The position numbers and the translations under genes were made by a program. Of a DNA stretch of 64,000 bases, positions 30,859 to 40,189 are shown piece after piece (position 1 is the stretch's first letter; the number at the start of each line of letters is the position of its first letter). The notes beneath the pieces were generated by a model, which did not search any database, was not told where the DNA came from, and worked only from the letters and a program-made list of their open reading frames with translations. The stretch comes from Alphaproteobacteria bacterium (GTDB taxonomy: Bacteria > Pseudomonadota > Alphaproteobacteria > UBA828): positions 1,088,001 through 1,152,000 of the forward strand of contig CAXXMU010000006.1 of the NCBI GenBank assembly GCA_963667785.2, given 5' to 3'.

Positions 30859-31902
30859 CTAGTGGGGACGGCCGTGCTCGGCATGCCAGTCGCGCACCGC
30901 CAGCGGAATCTCCCGCAGGTTCTCCACCGAGGTCTGGAGCGGGATGGCGCATTCCGGCCCGACCCCCTGCACGCCTGCGTCGAGGTTGGCGTAGACCTCC
31001 TTGCGCACGTCCTCCGGCCCCTTGGCGAAGAGCGTCTCGGGATTGTTGATGTTGCCGACCAGTGACACGCGGTCGTCCATCACCGCCATGGATTCGGCCG
31101 GTGCGTTCTTTGAATCGAAGTGGAAGGCGGCGATCCCGGTCTCGGCGATGTAGCCCATGCGGTCCACGGTGCGCCCGCAGATATGGAGGATGAGCGGCAC
31201 CGGCAGGCGCTCCACGAATTCGACGTGGAGGTCCCTGAGAAAGCGCTTGTAGTAATCCGCGCTTACGAGATCGCCGGTGGCGTGATCGGGGAGCGTCAGC
31301 GCGTCGGCTCCCGCCTCGATCTGCGCGAGGCCGAAGATGATCGTCGCCTCCTTCATGCGGTCGAGCGCGAGCTTGGTCTTGCCCGGATCGTCGAGCGACA
31401 TGAGCAGGAAGGGCTCGACGCCGAAGCAGTGATAGCCGAGCGTCCACGGCCCCATGGTCTTGCCGATGATCGCCACCTCGTCGCCGAACTCGCGCCGCAG
31501 CAGGCGGATCGCTTCGATCACGCAAGCCATGTCCGGATGCAGGAGGAAGTCGTTGGGGATGCGGATGTCGTCCACGTCCTCCCAGATCGGCTCGCGCATC
31601 CGCACGGTCGGCCAGTTGTCCTTCTGCTCCCACTGCATCTTGCAGCCGAGCGCCGACGATTCCTGGATGATCGAGAAGACCGGCATGATGCTGTCGAAGC
31701 CGAGCTCGGTGTAACTGGTGGCGGCGAGCCGCGCCATCAGCTCGGGGTCGCGGTTTGCGAGCGGGAAGTTGGCGTCCACCAGGTCCATCAGCTCCACGGT
31801 CGCGACCGAGGTGGGGTTGCACACGGGCGTGCGGTCCACTGGCTCGCGGTTCAGCGCCGCAAGCACGCGCTCGCGGCTGGTCATGGAGGGCACTGCCGTC
31901 AT
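30859..31902 (-). CDS. MtaA/CmuA-family methyltransferase (UroD fold)
   Basis: Motifs MGPWTL, AQIEAGAD, LHICG, GNINN and GPEC (Zn ligands H-x-C...C). Confidence 0.88.
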   Translation of the reverse strand: MTAVPSMTSRERVLAALNREPVDRTPVCNPTSVATVELMDLVDANFPLANRDPELMARLAATSYTELGFDSIMPVFSIIQESSALGCKMQWEQKDNWPTVRMREPIWEDVDDIRIPNDFLLHPDMACVIEAIRLLRREFGDEVAIIGKTMGPWTLGYHCFGVEPFLLMSLDDPGKTKLALDRMKEATIIFGLAQIEAGADALTLPDHATGDLVSADYYKRFLRDLHVEFVERLPVPLILHICGRTVDRMGYIAETGIAAFHFDSKNAPAESMAVMDDRVSLVGNINNPETLFAKGPEDVRKEVYANLDAGVQGVGPECAIPLQTSVENLREIPLAVRDWHAEHGRPH

Positions 31903-31926
31903 CGCTCTCGCTCCCGACCCTCAGGT

Positions 31927-32613
31927 CTACTGTTGCGCGCTCGGCGCAGCCAGGATTCCCCGCGCCGCCGCGGCCTCCGCCTCGCGCATGGCAGCGCGGA
32001 CGTTGAGCGCCCGGCCGAGCAGCAAGCCCACCAGCTCGTCATGGTCCGAGCCGCAGGCGAAGCGGGCCTCGCCTGCGGTGGCGCCCGGTTCCATCTCGGC
32101 GAGCTTGATCAGCCCCCTGGTCACGCCGTCCACGCGTCGCGCCACCTTGTCGTCGGCCTCGCCGGCGGCGGCTGCAAGCCGGTAGCCCCCGCCTCCGGTG
32201 GCGGTCGCGCCGATGGTGAGGTCGTTCTTCTTGTCGTAGATGCTCGTGGGCAGCGCCGCGACTTCGGCTCCCGGCGCCTTCTTGCAGGCTTCCAGGAAGA
32301 GCCGCTTCACCGCCGCACGGTGCTCGGTCCCGCAGGCGAACGCGAGGCGCGCTGGCTGCCCGGCCGCAGGTGCCATGCCACCCATGGCCGCCATGGCCCG
32401 CATCACGAATTCCAGTCGTTCGGCGGTACCTTCCTTCCCGCTGTAGCTGTGCGCGAGAAAGCACGAGGCGCCGCCATCTCCGCTGTTGCGGTAGAGGGAG
32501 ATGCTGATGTCGTGGAAGTGCGGGTCCATGGAGACGAGCTCCAACCGCTCCCCGAGCTCCAACAGGCGGCCCATCGCCCTCTCGCTGCGCTGGCCCGGCG
32601 CCGGCCGGGCCAT
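31927..32613 (-). CDS. Hypothetical protein at the head of the corrinoid operon
   Basis: Co-oriented with the operon and codon-biased. Start uncertain; no family recognised. Confidence 0.65.
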   Translation of the reverse strand: MARPAPGQRSERAMGRLLELGERLELVSMDPHFHDISISLYRNSGDGGASCFLAHSYSGKEGTAERLEFVMRAMAAMGGMAPAAGQPARLAFACGTEHRAAVKRLFLEACKKAPGAEVAALPTSIYDKKNDLTIGATATGGGGYRLAAAAGEADDKVARRVDGVTRGLIKLAEMEPGATAGEARFACGSDHDELVGLLLGRALNVRAAMREAEAAAARGILAAPSAQQ

Positions 32614-32683
32614 TCCGTCCTCCCGCCAGAATTTCAGATCGGGCAAAGGGAAACAAGGCCACAGCCCCGGATAGCATTGTGGA

Positions 32684-33676
32684 CTATCCCCAGAGCGCGG
32701 GCTCCGGCGGGGTCATCACCGCGCCGTCGTAGCCGAGCCCAGGGCTGCGATCGCGGGCAAGCAGCAGGGGGCCATCGAGATCCACGTAGGCGGCGAGGCC
32801 CGCCAGCAGCGCTGCCGGCGCCATGGCGAGCGAGGTGCCGACCATGGAGCCCACCATAATGCGAAAGCCCATGGCCTTCGCGTCTGCCGCGAGCGCGAGC
32901 GCTTCGGTGAGGCCGCCGGCCTTGTCCAGCTTGATGTTGATCATTGGGTAGCGGCCCTCGAGGCGCGGCAGGTCGGCGCGGGTGTGGCAGCTCTCGTCGG
33001 CACAGAGGGGGAGCGCGAGACGCCGGTCTTCGAGCGCCACATCCTCGGCTGCGGGCAACGGCTGCTCCACCATCTCGACGCCCAACGCCGCGAAGGCCGG
33101 CAGCAGCTCGTCCAGCATGGGCGGCGTCCAGCCCTCGTTCGCGTCCACGATCAGCCTGGCGTGCGGGGCGTTCTCGCGGACGGCGCGGATGCGCGCGAGG
33201 TCGCCTTCGCCGGTGACCTTGAGCTTGAGCAGCGGGAGCGCGGCATGCCGGGCTGCGGCCGCGCCCATCCGCGCCGGCGTGTCGAGGCTCAGCGTCACGG
33301 CGGTGACGCAGGGCTGCGGCGCCTCGAGGCCTGCCAGCGCCCAGGCGGCCCGGCCGGTCTGCTTCGCCTCCAGGTCCCAGAGCGCGCAGTCGAGCGCGTT
33401 TCGGGCGGCGCCCGGCGGCAGCGCACTCTGCAGGCCCTCCCGGTCGAGCCCCGCTTCGACGGCCGCGCGCACGCCCTCGATCTCGTCCCGCGTGCCCTCC
33501 GGCGTCTCGTCGTAGCGGGGGTAGGGGACCGCTTCCCCGCGGCCCCTGTGGGGTCCGTCGCAAATCTCGACGACGACGGTGCGGGCCTCGGTCTTCGCCC
33601 CGCGGGAGATGCGGAACGCGCCCCTGAGCGGCCAGGTCTCGAGGCGCACGTCGAGCCGCCTCCCCACCGCTGCCAC
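32684..33676 (-). CDS. dgcA: Dipeptide epimerase / N-acetyl-D-Glu racemase (enolase superfamily)
   Basis: Motifs KLKV, VDANEGW, EQP, ADES, NIKLDKAGG and DLDG; adjacent to a DUF1611 gene. Confidence 0.87.
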   Translation of the reverse strand: MAAVGRRLDVRLETWPLRGAFRISRGAKTEARTVVVEICDGPHRGRGEAVPYPRYDETPEGTRDEIEGVRAAVEAGLDREGLQSALPPGAARNALDCALWDLEAKQTGRAAWALAGLEAPQPCVTAVTLSLDTPARMGAAAARHAALPLLKLKVTGEGDLARIRAVRENAPHARLIVDANEGWTPPMLDELLPAFAALGVEMVEQPLPAAEDVALEDRRLALPLCADESCHTRADLPRLEGRYPMINIKLDKAGGLTEALALAADAKAMGFRIMVGSMVGTSLAMAPAALLAGLAAYVDLDGPLLLARDRSPGLGYDGAVMTPPEPALWG

Positions 33677-33679
33677 GCT

Positions 33680-34690
33680 CTAAATGAGGCGGTCGGCGAT
33701 CGCGCCCACGCCGGTGCGCATCGGATCGACGCAGGGGAGGCCATGGGCCCGGCCGAGGTCCGCCAGCAGCGCCTCCGCCTCCGCCTGGCCAAGCGCCTGG
33801 GTGTTGACGCAGAGGCCTGCGCAGACGACGGCCGGATTGGTGAGCCGCGCCGCTTGGAGGTTCGCCTCGATGCAGGCGCCGAGCTCGGGCAGCGGCCATT
33901 CCGGCAGGCCGCGCATGTGGGTCCGCGTCGGCTCGTGGCAGACCACGATCGCATCGGGCTGGGCGCCGTGGATGAGGCCGAGCGTCACACCGGCGTAGGA
34001 GGGGTGGAAGAGCGAGCCCTGCCCCTCGACGAGGTCCCAGTGATCGGGCTCGTTCTCCGGCGTGAGCCACTCCGTGGCGCCGGAGATGAAGTCTGCCACC
34101 ACCGCATCGACCGAGACGCCCTCGCCGGCGATGAAGATGCCGGTCTGCCCGGTGGCGCGGAAGCTGCAGGCCACGCCGCGCCGGCGCCATTCGGCCTCGA
34201 GCGCGAGCGTGGCGTACATCTTGCCCACCGAGGCGTCGGTGCCCACCGTGAGCAGCCGCTTGCCGGCCCTCTTGGTGCCCGTGCCCACCTTGAAGGCCTG
34301 CGGCGGATGGCGCGCGTCGAAGAGCCGCCGACCCCGTCTCTCGGCCGCCTCGCGCACCGCCGGCAGATCGCCGAGGCGCACGTGCAGCCCGCTGGCGAGG
34401 TCGAGGCCGGCCTCGAGCGCGGCGACGAGGGTGTCGATCCAGCTATCCGAGACCACGCCGCCCGCATTGGCCACGCCGACGATGAGGCTCTTCGCGCCCT
34501 TGGCGGCGGCCTCGTCGACCGTCATCTCGGGAAGATCGAGGCGGGCGTTGCAGCCCGCGAGCCTGATCTGGCCGAGGCACCACTCCGGGCGGAAGACGAA
34601 GACCCCGCGCGCGGTCTTGGCGGCGAGCTCGTCCCGCGCGTCGCCGAGGAAGAGCAGATAGGGAGGGTCGATCTGCGGCCTGGTGCTCAT
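33680..34690 (-). CDS. dgcN: DUF1611 protein / D-glutamate N-acetyltransferase
   Basis: Motifs AAKTARG, VGTDASVGKM, ATGQTGI and VEGQGSLFHPSYAGV. Confidence 0.87.
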   Translation of the reverse strand: MSTRPQIDPPYLLFLGDARDELAAKTARGVFVFRPEWCLGQIRLAGCNARLDLPEMTVDEAAAKGAKSLIVGVANAGGVVSDSWIDTLVAALEAGLDLASGLHVRLGDLPAVREAAERRGRRLFDARHPPQAFKVGTGTKRAGKRLLTVGTDASVGKMYATLALEAEWRRRGVACSFRATGQTGIFIAGEGVSVDAVVADFISGATEWLTPENEPDHWDLVEGQGSLFHPSYAGVTLGLIHGAQPDAIVVCHEPTRTHMRGLPEWPLPELGACIEANLQAARLTNPAVVCAGLCVNTQALGQAEAEALLADLGRAHGLPCVDPMRTGVGAIADRLI

Positions 34691-34786
34691 GCTCGGTCCC
34701 GGTGCTGACCGCCGCGAGTCTGGCGAATAGCGGCGGGCGCCGCAAGGACGGGCGGGTGCGGACTGGACGGCAGAAAGGAGCGGCAG

Positions 34787-34815
34787 AAAAGAAGGGAGCG
34801 GCCGAAGCCGCTCCC
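34787..34815 (-). terminator. Rho-independent terminator of porin A
   Basis: gggagcggc-cgaa-gccgctccc hairpin with a U-rich tail on the minus strand. Confidence 0.75.
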
Positions 34816-34841
34816 CAACGTCTCGACGATGTCGAGGATGC

Positions 34842-35861
34842 CTAGAAGGCGAACCAGGTGCCGAGCAGGATCTGCGAGTATCCGCCGCCACCCTCAGGCT
34901 CGATGTTGGCAGCCTGCAGGCCGAGATCGACGCCCGGACCCATGTTGTAGTTGATGTTGAAGGCCGTCTGGGTCGTCGACGCTTCGCCTTGCTCGTTGCT
35001 GCCGTACTGGATGCCGACCATCATCGGGCCTTCCGACCAGGAGATGCCATACGTCGAATAGGTGTTCGTCGTATCGCCGATCTCCTGCTCGTAGATGGCG
35101 CCGCCGATCCCGATCTGGTCGATGCTGACCACGAGGCCGTAGCGCATCCCCGAGGGATCGTCGCCGACATTGCCCGCCGCGTCGGCTTCGGCCGTGTACA
35201 TCTCCGTGCCGATGTTGGCGCTGACGCTGCCGCCACCGACATCCATCGAGTAGCTCAGCGCTGCCGTGATCTGCTCGGAGTTGTGGCCGTCAGCCGTGCT
35301 GTCGCTGGCGTAGGAGGCGGTCGAGTTCTCCGGCGCATAGCTGACCGCGACACCCAGGCCGTTGAAGCTCGGCGCGAAGTACACGATCTTGGTGGAGTCC
35401 TCGTTCATGATGGCGTTGGTCGTCCAGCCACCCATGATGCCGCCGAACCACGGCGACTTGATGCCGCCGATCGCCGCGCTGTTGCCCGGCACCCAGGTAT
35501 CCATCTGCTGGGCCGCGCCCTCGATGTTGCCCATGTGGATCGAGCCGAAGCCGCCGCTGAAGAAGACTTCGCGCTCGTCGGAGTGCTCGTAGTCGTTCGT
35601 GGTGAGCCGCGCACGGACGCCGGCGGTCATGCCGTTGTCGAGCGTGGTCGAGCCGCCGATGTTGAACTCGTTGTTCTGCTGGATGCTGTGACCACGGCTG
35701 TTGTCGCCGGTGTCGGCATTGATGATGGCGGCGGTGTAGTAGCCGCCGACGCTGACGGAGATGGGCTCGGCCATCATCTCGTCATCGGCCTGCGCTACGC
35801 CGATCCCGGCGAAAGCGGCGGCCGCCACGAGAGCCGTCGTCCCCAACAAGACTTTCTTCAT
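34842..35861 (-). CDS. Alphaproteobacterial porin (copy A)
   Basis: MKKVLLGTTAL signal peptide, LDNG and KIVYFAPSFNG motifs, C-terminal Phe. Confidence 0.9.
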   Translation of the reverse strand: MKKVLLGTTALVAAAAFAGIGVAQADDEMMAEPISVSVGGYYTAAIINADTGDNSRGHSIQQNNEFNIGGSTTLDNGMTAGVRARLTTNDYEHSDEREVFFSGGFGSIHMGNIEGAAQQMDTWVPGNSAAIGGIKSPWFGGIMGGWTTNAIMNEDSTKIVYFAPSFNGLGVAVSYAPENSTASYASDSTADGHNSEQITAALSYSMDVGGGSVSANIGTEMYTAEADAAGNVGDDPSGMRYGLVVSIDQIGIGGAIYEQEIGDTTNTYSTYGISWSEGPMMVGIQYGSNEQGEASTTQTAFNINYNMGPGVDLGLQAANIEPEGGGGYSQILLGTWFAF

Positions 35862-36038
35862 GACTGATTCTCCTCGCGAGTTAACGTCTGATCCATGCAT
35901 GGTTCCGCGGCAGCTCACCGTGACATCCGGCGCAGTCTGCCGCATCCATGGATGCTACACGAGCGGGCCGTTCTGCCAACCCTCGGCCGCCGGGAAAGGC
36001 GGCGATTCCGTGTCATGGCCGCGCTTTTCCTCCCCGAC

Positions 36039-36056
36039 TGTGGCGAAACTGCCACA
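36039..36056. promoter_or_regulatory. Palindromic putative transcription-factor site upstream of porin A
   Basis: TGTGGC-N6-GCCACA. A related TGTGAC-N6-GCCACA lies at 60366-60383 upstream of porin B. Confidence 0.5.
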
Positions 36057-36067
36057 TGTGTGGGCAC

Positions 36068-37531
36068 TCAGAACTGGCGCACGAATCTGAGCTCGCCGCG
36101 GGTCCGCTCGAAGTCGTGGAGCTGCGCGTTGGTATCCCGCTTCTCGTAGACGAGCGAGACCTCCGGGCTGAAGCCCAGCACCGTGATGCCCCGGTTGTGC
36201 AGCGACGCGCGCAGGCTGCGGGTGCGGTCCACCCGCGCGCCGTTGTCCGGCACGTGCGGGAACCAGCCGCTGCCGTAATCCGTCCGCCGGTACTCGGCGC
36301 CGCCGCCCAGGGTGAAGCCCTCGGGCAGGATCACCGAGACGCCCGCGCCGATGCGCTTGCTCGCGTTGCGCGCCCGCGTGGACGCCGGCCGCTCCCGCCC
36401 GTAGCCGGCGGAGAAATCCAGCCGCAGCGTCGGCGTGATGACCCACCCGGCGCCGAGCGAGAGATCCGCCACCGGGCCGTCGAGCGTGCCCTGCGTGCGG
36501 TAGCGCCGCCCCTGCCACGAGGCGCCGCCGCTCAGCGTCAGGTGCGTATTGAAGCGGTGGCCCACCTCGAGGCGCGTGCCCAGCGCGTGGTGGTCCTTCA
36601 CCGTTCCGGCCCAGCGCTGGCTCGCGGTGGCGAGCACGCTTGCCTCGGTATCCCGGTCGAGCAGCACGCGCGGGCCGAGATGGACCGAGGCGTAGGTCTC
36701 GTCGAAGCGCGAGTGGCTGTACTCCCGCCGCGAGGCGGTGCCGCCGGCGCGGAGCCGCGTCTGCGGCCCGAGCGGCGCCTGGTACTCCGCCCCGCCCCAG
36801 ACCGAGAGGCCGATGCCCGAGGTGACCAGGTCCTCGTCGTCCCGCACGAAGGGGAGGCCGTAGATGTAGATGATCCGCTCGCCCGAGGTGCCGCCGAGGT
36901 TGCTGTCCGGCAGGAGCGCGAGGCCGGCGTTGTAGCTCCAGCGCCGGCGCGCGCGGATCGCCTCGAGGAAGCGCCGGACGTTGGCCACGACGGGCGGCGG
37001 CACGTCGCCCGCCAGCACCCACTCGAAGTGCTCGCGGGCGAGGTCGTCCTCCCCCTGGTGGTAGAAGGCGCGCGCGAGCTCCAGCCGCACCCGCACCAGC
37101 GAGGGGTCGCGGTTGAGAATGACGCGGAAGGCGGCGACGGCGAGGTCCAGCAGGCGCTCCCGCTCCTCCTCCGCAACATCGGGGCCGAGCGCGGTCCCGG
37201 TCGCCGCGAGGCCGAAGAGGAAGAGCACGTCCGTGCGCCGAGGGTGGTCGGGATGGCTCCGCGCCAGCCGCTCCACGATGACCAGCGCTTGCTCGTAGCG
37301 CCCGTTGTCGATCAGGAACCGCGCCGTCTGCAGGCCCGGCAGGTCGCGGGCGGAGGGCGCGGCGGCGTCAGCGGCGTCGGATTCGCCGGCCTCGCCGGTC
37401 TCGGCAACGGGCTCGTCGGCGGGATCGGTGGCGCCCCAGGCGGGATGGACGCAGACCGCCAGAAGCGCGAGAAGCGCCAGCAGCAGGCAGGCGCAGAGCG
37501 CCGGGGCAACGCGGAGAGGGGCAAGGGTCAT
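36068..37531 (-). CDS. Slam-family surface lipoprotein assembly modifier (TPR + DUF560 barrel)
   Basis: TPR segment RVRLELARAFY, DSN motif at the barrel start, C-terminal F; directly downstream of a TbpB-like lipoprotein. Confidence 0.85.
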   Translation of the reverse strand: MTLAPLRVAPALCACLLLALLALLAVCVHPAWGATDPADEPVAETGEAGESDAADAAAPSARDLPGLQTARFLIDNGRYEQALVIVERLARSHPDHPRRTDVLFLFGLAATGTALGPDVAEEERERLLDLAVAAFRVILNRDPSLVRVRLELARAFYHQGEDDLAREHFEWVLAGDVPPPVVANVRRFLEAIRARRRWSYNAGLALLPDSNLGGTSGERIIYIYGLPFVRDDEDLVTSGIGLSVWGGAEYQAPLGPQTRLRAGGTASRREYSHSRFDETYASVHLGPRVLLDRDTEASVLATASQRWAGTVKDHHALGTRLEVGHRFNTHLTLSGGASWQGRRYRTQGTLDGPVADLSLGAGWVITPTLRLDFSAGYGRERPASTRARNASKRIGAGVSVILPEGFTLGGGAEYRRTDYGSGWFPHVPDNGARVDRTRSLRASLHNRGITVLGFSPEVSLVYEKRDTNAQLHDFERTRGELRFVRQF

Positions 37532-37657
37532 CGGGCACCGGGACCGTGAGCGTGCGTCGGGGCGCCAGCATACAGGGCGCGTCAGGCGCGGCAATGGCGA
37601 CGGCAGCCGGGCCGCCGCTCGCCGCCTTCGGAGGCGTTCAGGGGCGGTGGTGGGCGC

Positions 37658-37689
37658 AAAAAAAGAAGGGCGGCACGAGGCCGCCCTTC
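37658..37689 (-). terminator. Rho-independent terminator of the large lipoprotein gene
   Basis: gaagggcggc/gccgcccttc stem with a T7 tail on the minus strand. Confidence 0.8.
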
Positions 37690-37723
37690 GAAGCATGTGG
37701 GGTGTGTAGTACCCCGTTCGGGA

Positions 37724-39964
37724 CTAGTCCTTCCGCGCGGCGTAGGCGCCCGCGGCGTCACCGTCCGTGAAGTGGGCGTTGAAGCCGCCGAAGATGCCCA
37801 TCGGCCGCTCGCCGCTGGTACCGTAACTCGTTGCCGACCACACGCCGTCCGCGCCGCTGGCGATCGTCCTGCCTGCGGTCAACGCGCCGGCGGGGGACGC
37901 CGTGACCTGAAGCTCGACCGACCAGCCTCCATGGACCGCGCCACCCTGGAAGTTGTCCACGGTGCCGGCGAGGGTCGGGCTGGCGCCGAAGGTCGCCTTC
38001 AGGCTCACGTCGGCAGTGAACGCACCGGAAGCGATCGTGTTGACCGTGCCGTCCGTGTTGAAGGTCTTGTACACGGACATGCCGGCGGCGCCCCCGCTGT
38101 AGGTGGCCGAGGTATCCGTCAGCGTGGTGGCGTCCGCCCCCGTGTTCACCGTGGTCACGTCGAGGCCGCTGGTGTTGGCTGCGGTCAACGCGAAGGTGTT
38201 GACGTCGGCCGTGGCCGGGTCAGCGCCGTCAGTCGCCGCCACCCAGTGGCCGTAGGTCGCGTACGTGTTCTCCGCCGCGTAGGTGGTGACCCCATCGGTA
38301 GTGGTGCCGAGGTACCACGCCATCGGCGCTGCCGGGGTGAAGTACCAACTGCCGACCAGCTTCTTCATGGTGGTGATTTCATTGCCATCGGCGCCCGTCA
38401 CGGCCTCCACCACGCAGTCGCTGCCCTGGCAGAAGACCAGGCCGGGGATGCCCTTGTAGTTGACGGTGCTGGTGGTCTCCCGAGTGCCGGCCTGGGTGCC
38501 GTCGCTCTCCGTTGCGGTGGGATCGGTCGTCCTGTCGGTCGCGGTCTGGGCGGTGGTGAGGGTCATGCCAGCGATCGACATCGCCCGCACCGCCACCGTC
38601 GTGCCGGTGTCAGCGATCCGCATGTCCATGACGCTGCCGCCGCCGCCCGTAACGATCTCCTCCCAGGTCATGCCCTGGTGATCGTTCATGCTGACCTCAC
38701 CCTCGACGGTATCCGCCGGTGCCGTAGCGCCGTGCGTGCCCCTCGCTCTGCGCCCGTCGGTTTCGGTTGCGTGGGCAGCGAGCGCCCCGCCGATGTCGTT
38801 GGCCACTCTCATGCCGATCTGGGCGGGTGTCGTCGGGTAGCCTTCGGCCTCGGGATCGTCGCCCGTGACCATCTCGACGGCCATCTCGAGCGCGTCGCCC
38901 CCGGCGGCCATCTCGGCCGCCTCGATCGCCGTCTTGGAGTCCGCGATCGCCGCCTCGAGCGCCTTCTTCAGCGCCATCCCGGCAGCGGTGCTGTCGTCGA
39001 CGCCCATCAAGGCGGTCTCGGCATTCCCCTGCGCGGTCTTGGCGGCACGGATGGCGGCGTTCAAGTCGTCACGGGCCTTGAGCACTGCCGCGGCGTTCGC
39101 TGTCGCCATCGCCGAGTCGCCGTTGACGGCCACCGTGCCGAGTTCCATCGACTTCTCAGTCGCGGTCTCGACGGCCGACGTCGCCAACATGCTGGCGCTC
39201 GCGGCCGCGTCAGCCGCGCTCTGCGCCGTCTCGAAACCGCTGACGATCCCCTGCGCGGTATTCCGCTCGCCGGTCAGCGTCGTGATCTGACCTCTCAGAT
39301 CGGCGATCTGCCCCTCAAGGCCCCCGTCCTCCGGATCGCTGGGATCGCCGGAGATCTGCATCTGCAGGGCGTCCCGCTCGTCCGTCAGGTCGCTGATCTG
39401 CCCGTTGAGGCCCGTGGACATGGGATCGCTGGGATCACCCGAGATCTGCATCTGCAGGTCGTCGCGCTCGTCCTCCAGGTCGCTGATCTGCCCCATGAGG
39501 CCCATGTCCATGGGATCGCTGGGATCACCCGAGATCTGCGCCTGCAGAGCCGCGATCTGCCCGTTGAGGCCCGTGTCAGAGGGATCGCTGGGATCGCCGG
39601 AAATCTGCGCCTGCAGGGCGTCCCTCTGCCCCGTCAGATCGGAGATCTGCCCGTTGAGGCCCATGTCCATGGGATCGTTCGGGTCGCCGGAAATCTGCGC
39701 CTGCAGGGCATCCCGCTCACCCGTGAGGGTCATCACCTGGCCCTGGGCCGTGGTCAGAGCGGCCTCCAGAGCGTCGAGGGCTGCCGGGGTGAGATCGCCG
39801 TCCCCGTCGAACGCCTCCTGCAACGCCGCCAAAGCGTCCTCCGCATTCTGGGCGCGCGTGTTCGCGGCATTCTCGCCGGAACTGGAGCAGCCGTACATGA
39901 CGGCCGAGAGGGCGACGATGGAGCACGCCGCCAGCAAACTGCGAGTCAGCTTCGTCTTCTTCAT
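37724..39964 (-). CDS. Large surface lipoprotein with coiled-coil repeats and a C-terminal TbpB-like barrel
   Basis: Lipobox MYGC; five QISGDPxDP repeats; ATYSGGAAG...GAYAARKD barrel end. Confidence 0.82.
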   Translation of the reverse strand: MKKTKLTRSLLAACSIVALSAVMYGCSSSGENAANTRAQNAEDALAALQEAFDGDGDLTPAALDALEAALTTAQGQVMTLTGERDALQAQISGDPNDPMDMGLNGQISDLTGQRDALQAQISGDPSDPSDTGLNGQIAALQAQISGDPSDPMDMGLMGQISDLEDERDDLQMQISGDPSDPMSTGLNGQISDLTDERDALQMQISGDPSDPEDGGLEGQIADLRGQITTLTGERNTAQGIVSGFETAQSAADAAASASMLATSAVETATEKSMELGTVAVNGDSAMATANAAAVLKARDDLNAAIRAAKTAQGNAETALMGVDDSTAAGMALKKALEAAIADSKTAIEAAEMAAGGDALEMAVEMVTGDDPEAEGYPTTPAQIGMRVANDIGGALAAHATETDGRRARGTHGATAPADTVEGEVSMNDHQGMTWEEIVTGGGGSVMDMRIADTGTTVAVRAMSIAGMTLTTAQTATDRTTDPTATESDGTQAGTRETTSTVNYKGIPGLVFCQGSDCVVEAVTGADGNEITTMKKLVGSWYFTPAAPMAWYLGTTTDGVTTYAAENTYATYGHWVAATDGADPATADVNTFALTAANTSGLDVTTVNTGADATTLTDTSATYSGGAAGMSVYKTFNTDGTVNTIASGAFTADVSLKATFGASPTLAGTVDNFQGGAVHGGWSVELQVTASPAGALTAGRTIASGADGVWSATSYGTSGERPMGIFGGFNAHFTDGDAAGAYAARKD
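39290..39730 (-). repeat. Intragenic tandem repeats (5 units of about 23-30 aa)
   Basis: Recurrent gggatcgctgggatc(a/g)cc and atctgcccgttgaggcccg blocks. Confidence 0.88.
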
Positions 39965-40089
39965 GGCTTCGAGGCTCTCCTCAGTCTGAAGAGGCCTCGT
40001 GTTATTCCCGGAGGCCTCGGTTGGTGAACGTTGCGGCCGTCAGCGTAAATGACGACTCGGGCAGGACTATAATAATCCGCTGATATCAG

Positions 40090-40117
40090 TGGTTTATCCC
40101 CGAAGTGCGGGGATCAC
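40090..40117 (-). repeat. Solitary type I-E CRISPR-repeat-like hairpin
   Basis: Minus strand reads GTGATCCCCGCACTTCGGGGATAAACCA, compared with the canonical I-E repeat GTGTTCCCCGCGCCAGCGGGGATAAACCG. Confidence 0.45.
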
Positions 40118-40189
40118 ACGCCCGTTGAAATTGCAGGGAATTTCAGACGGCGCCCCGCACCTAGCGCGCGCGACCGGCGGGGCGTTGCC

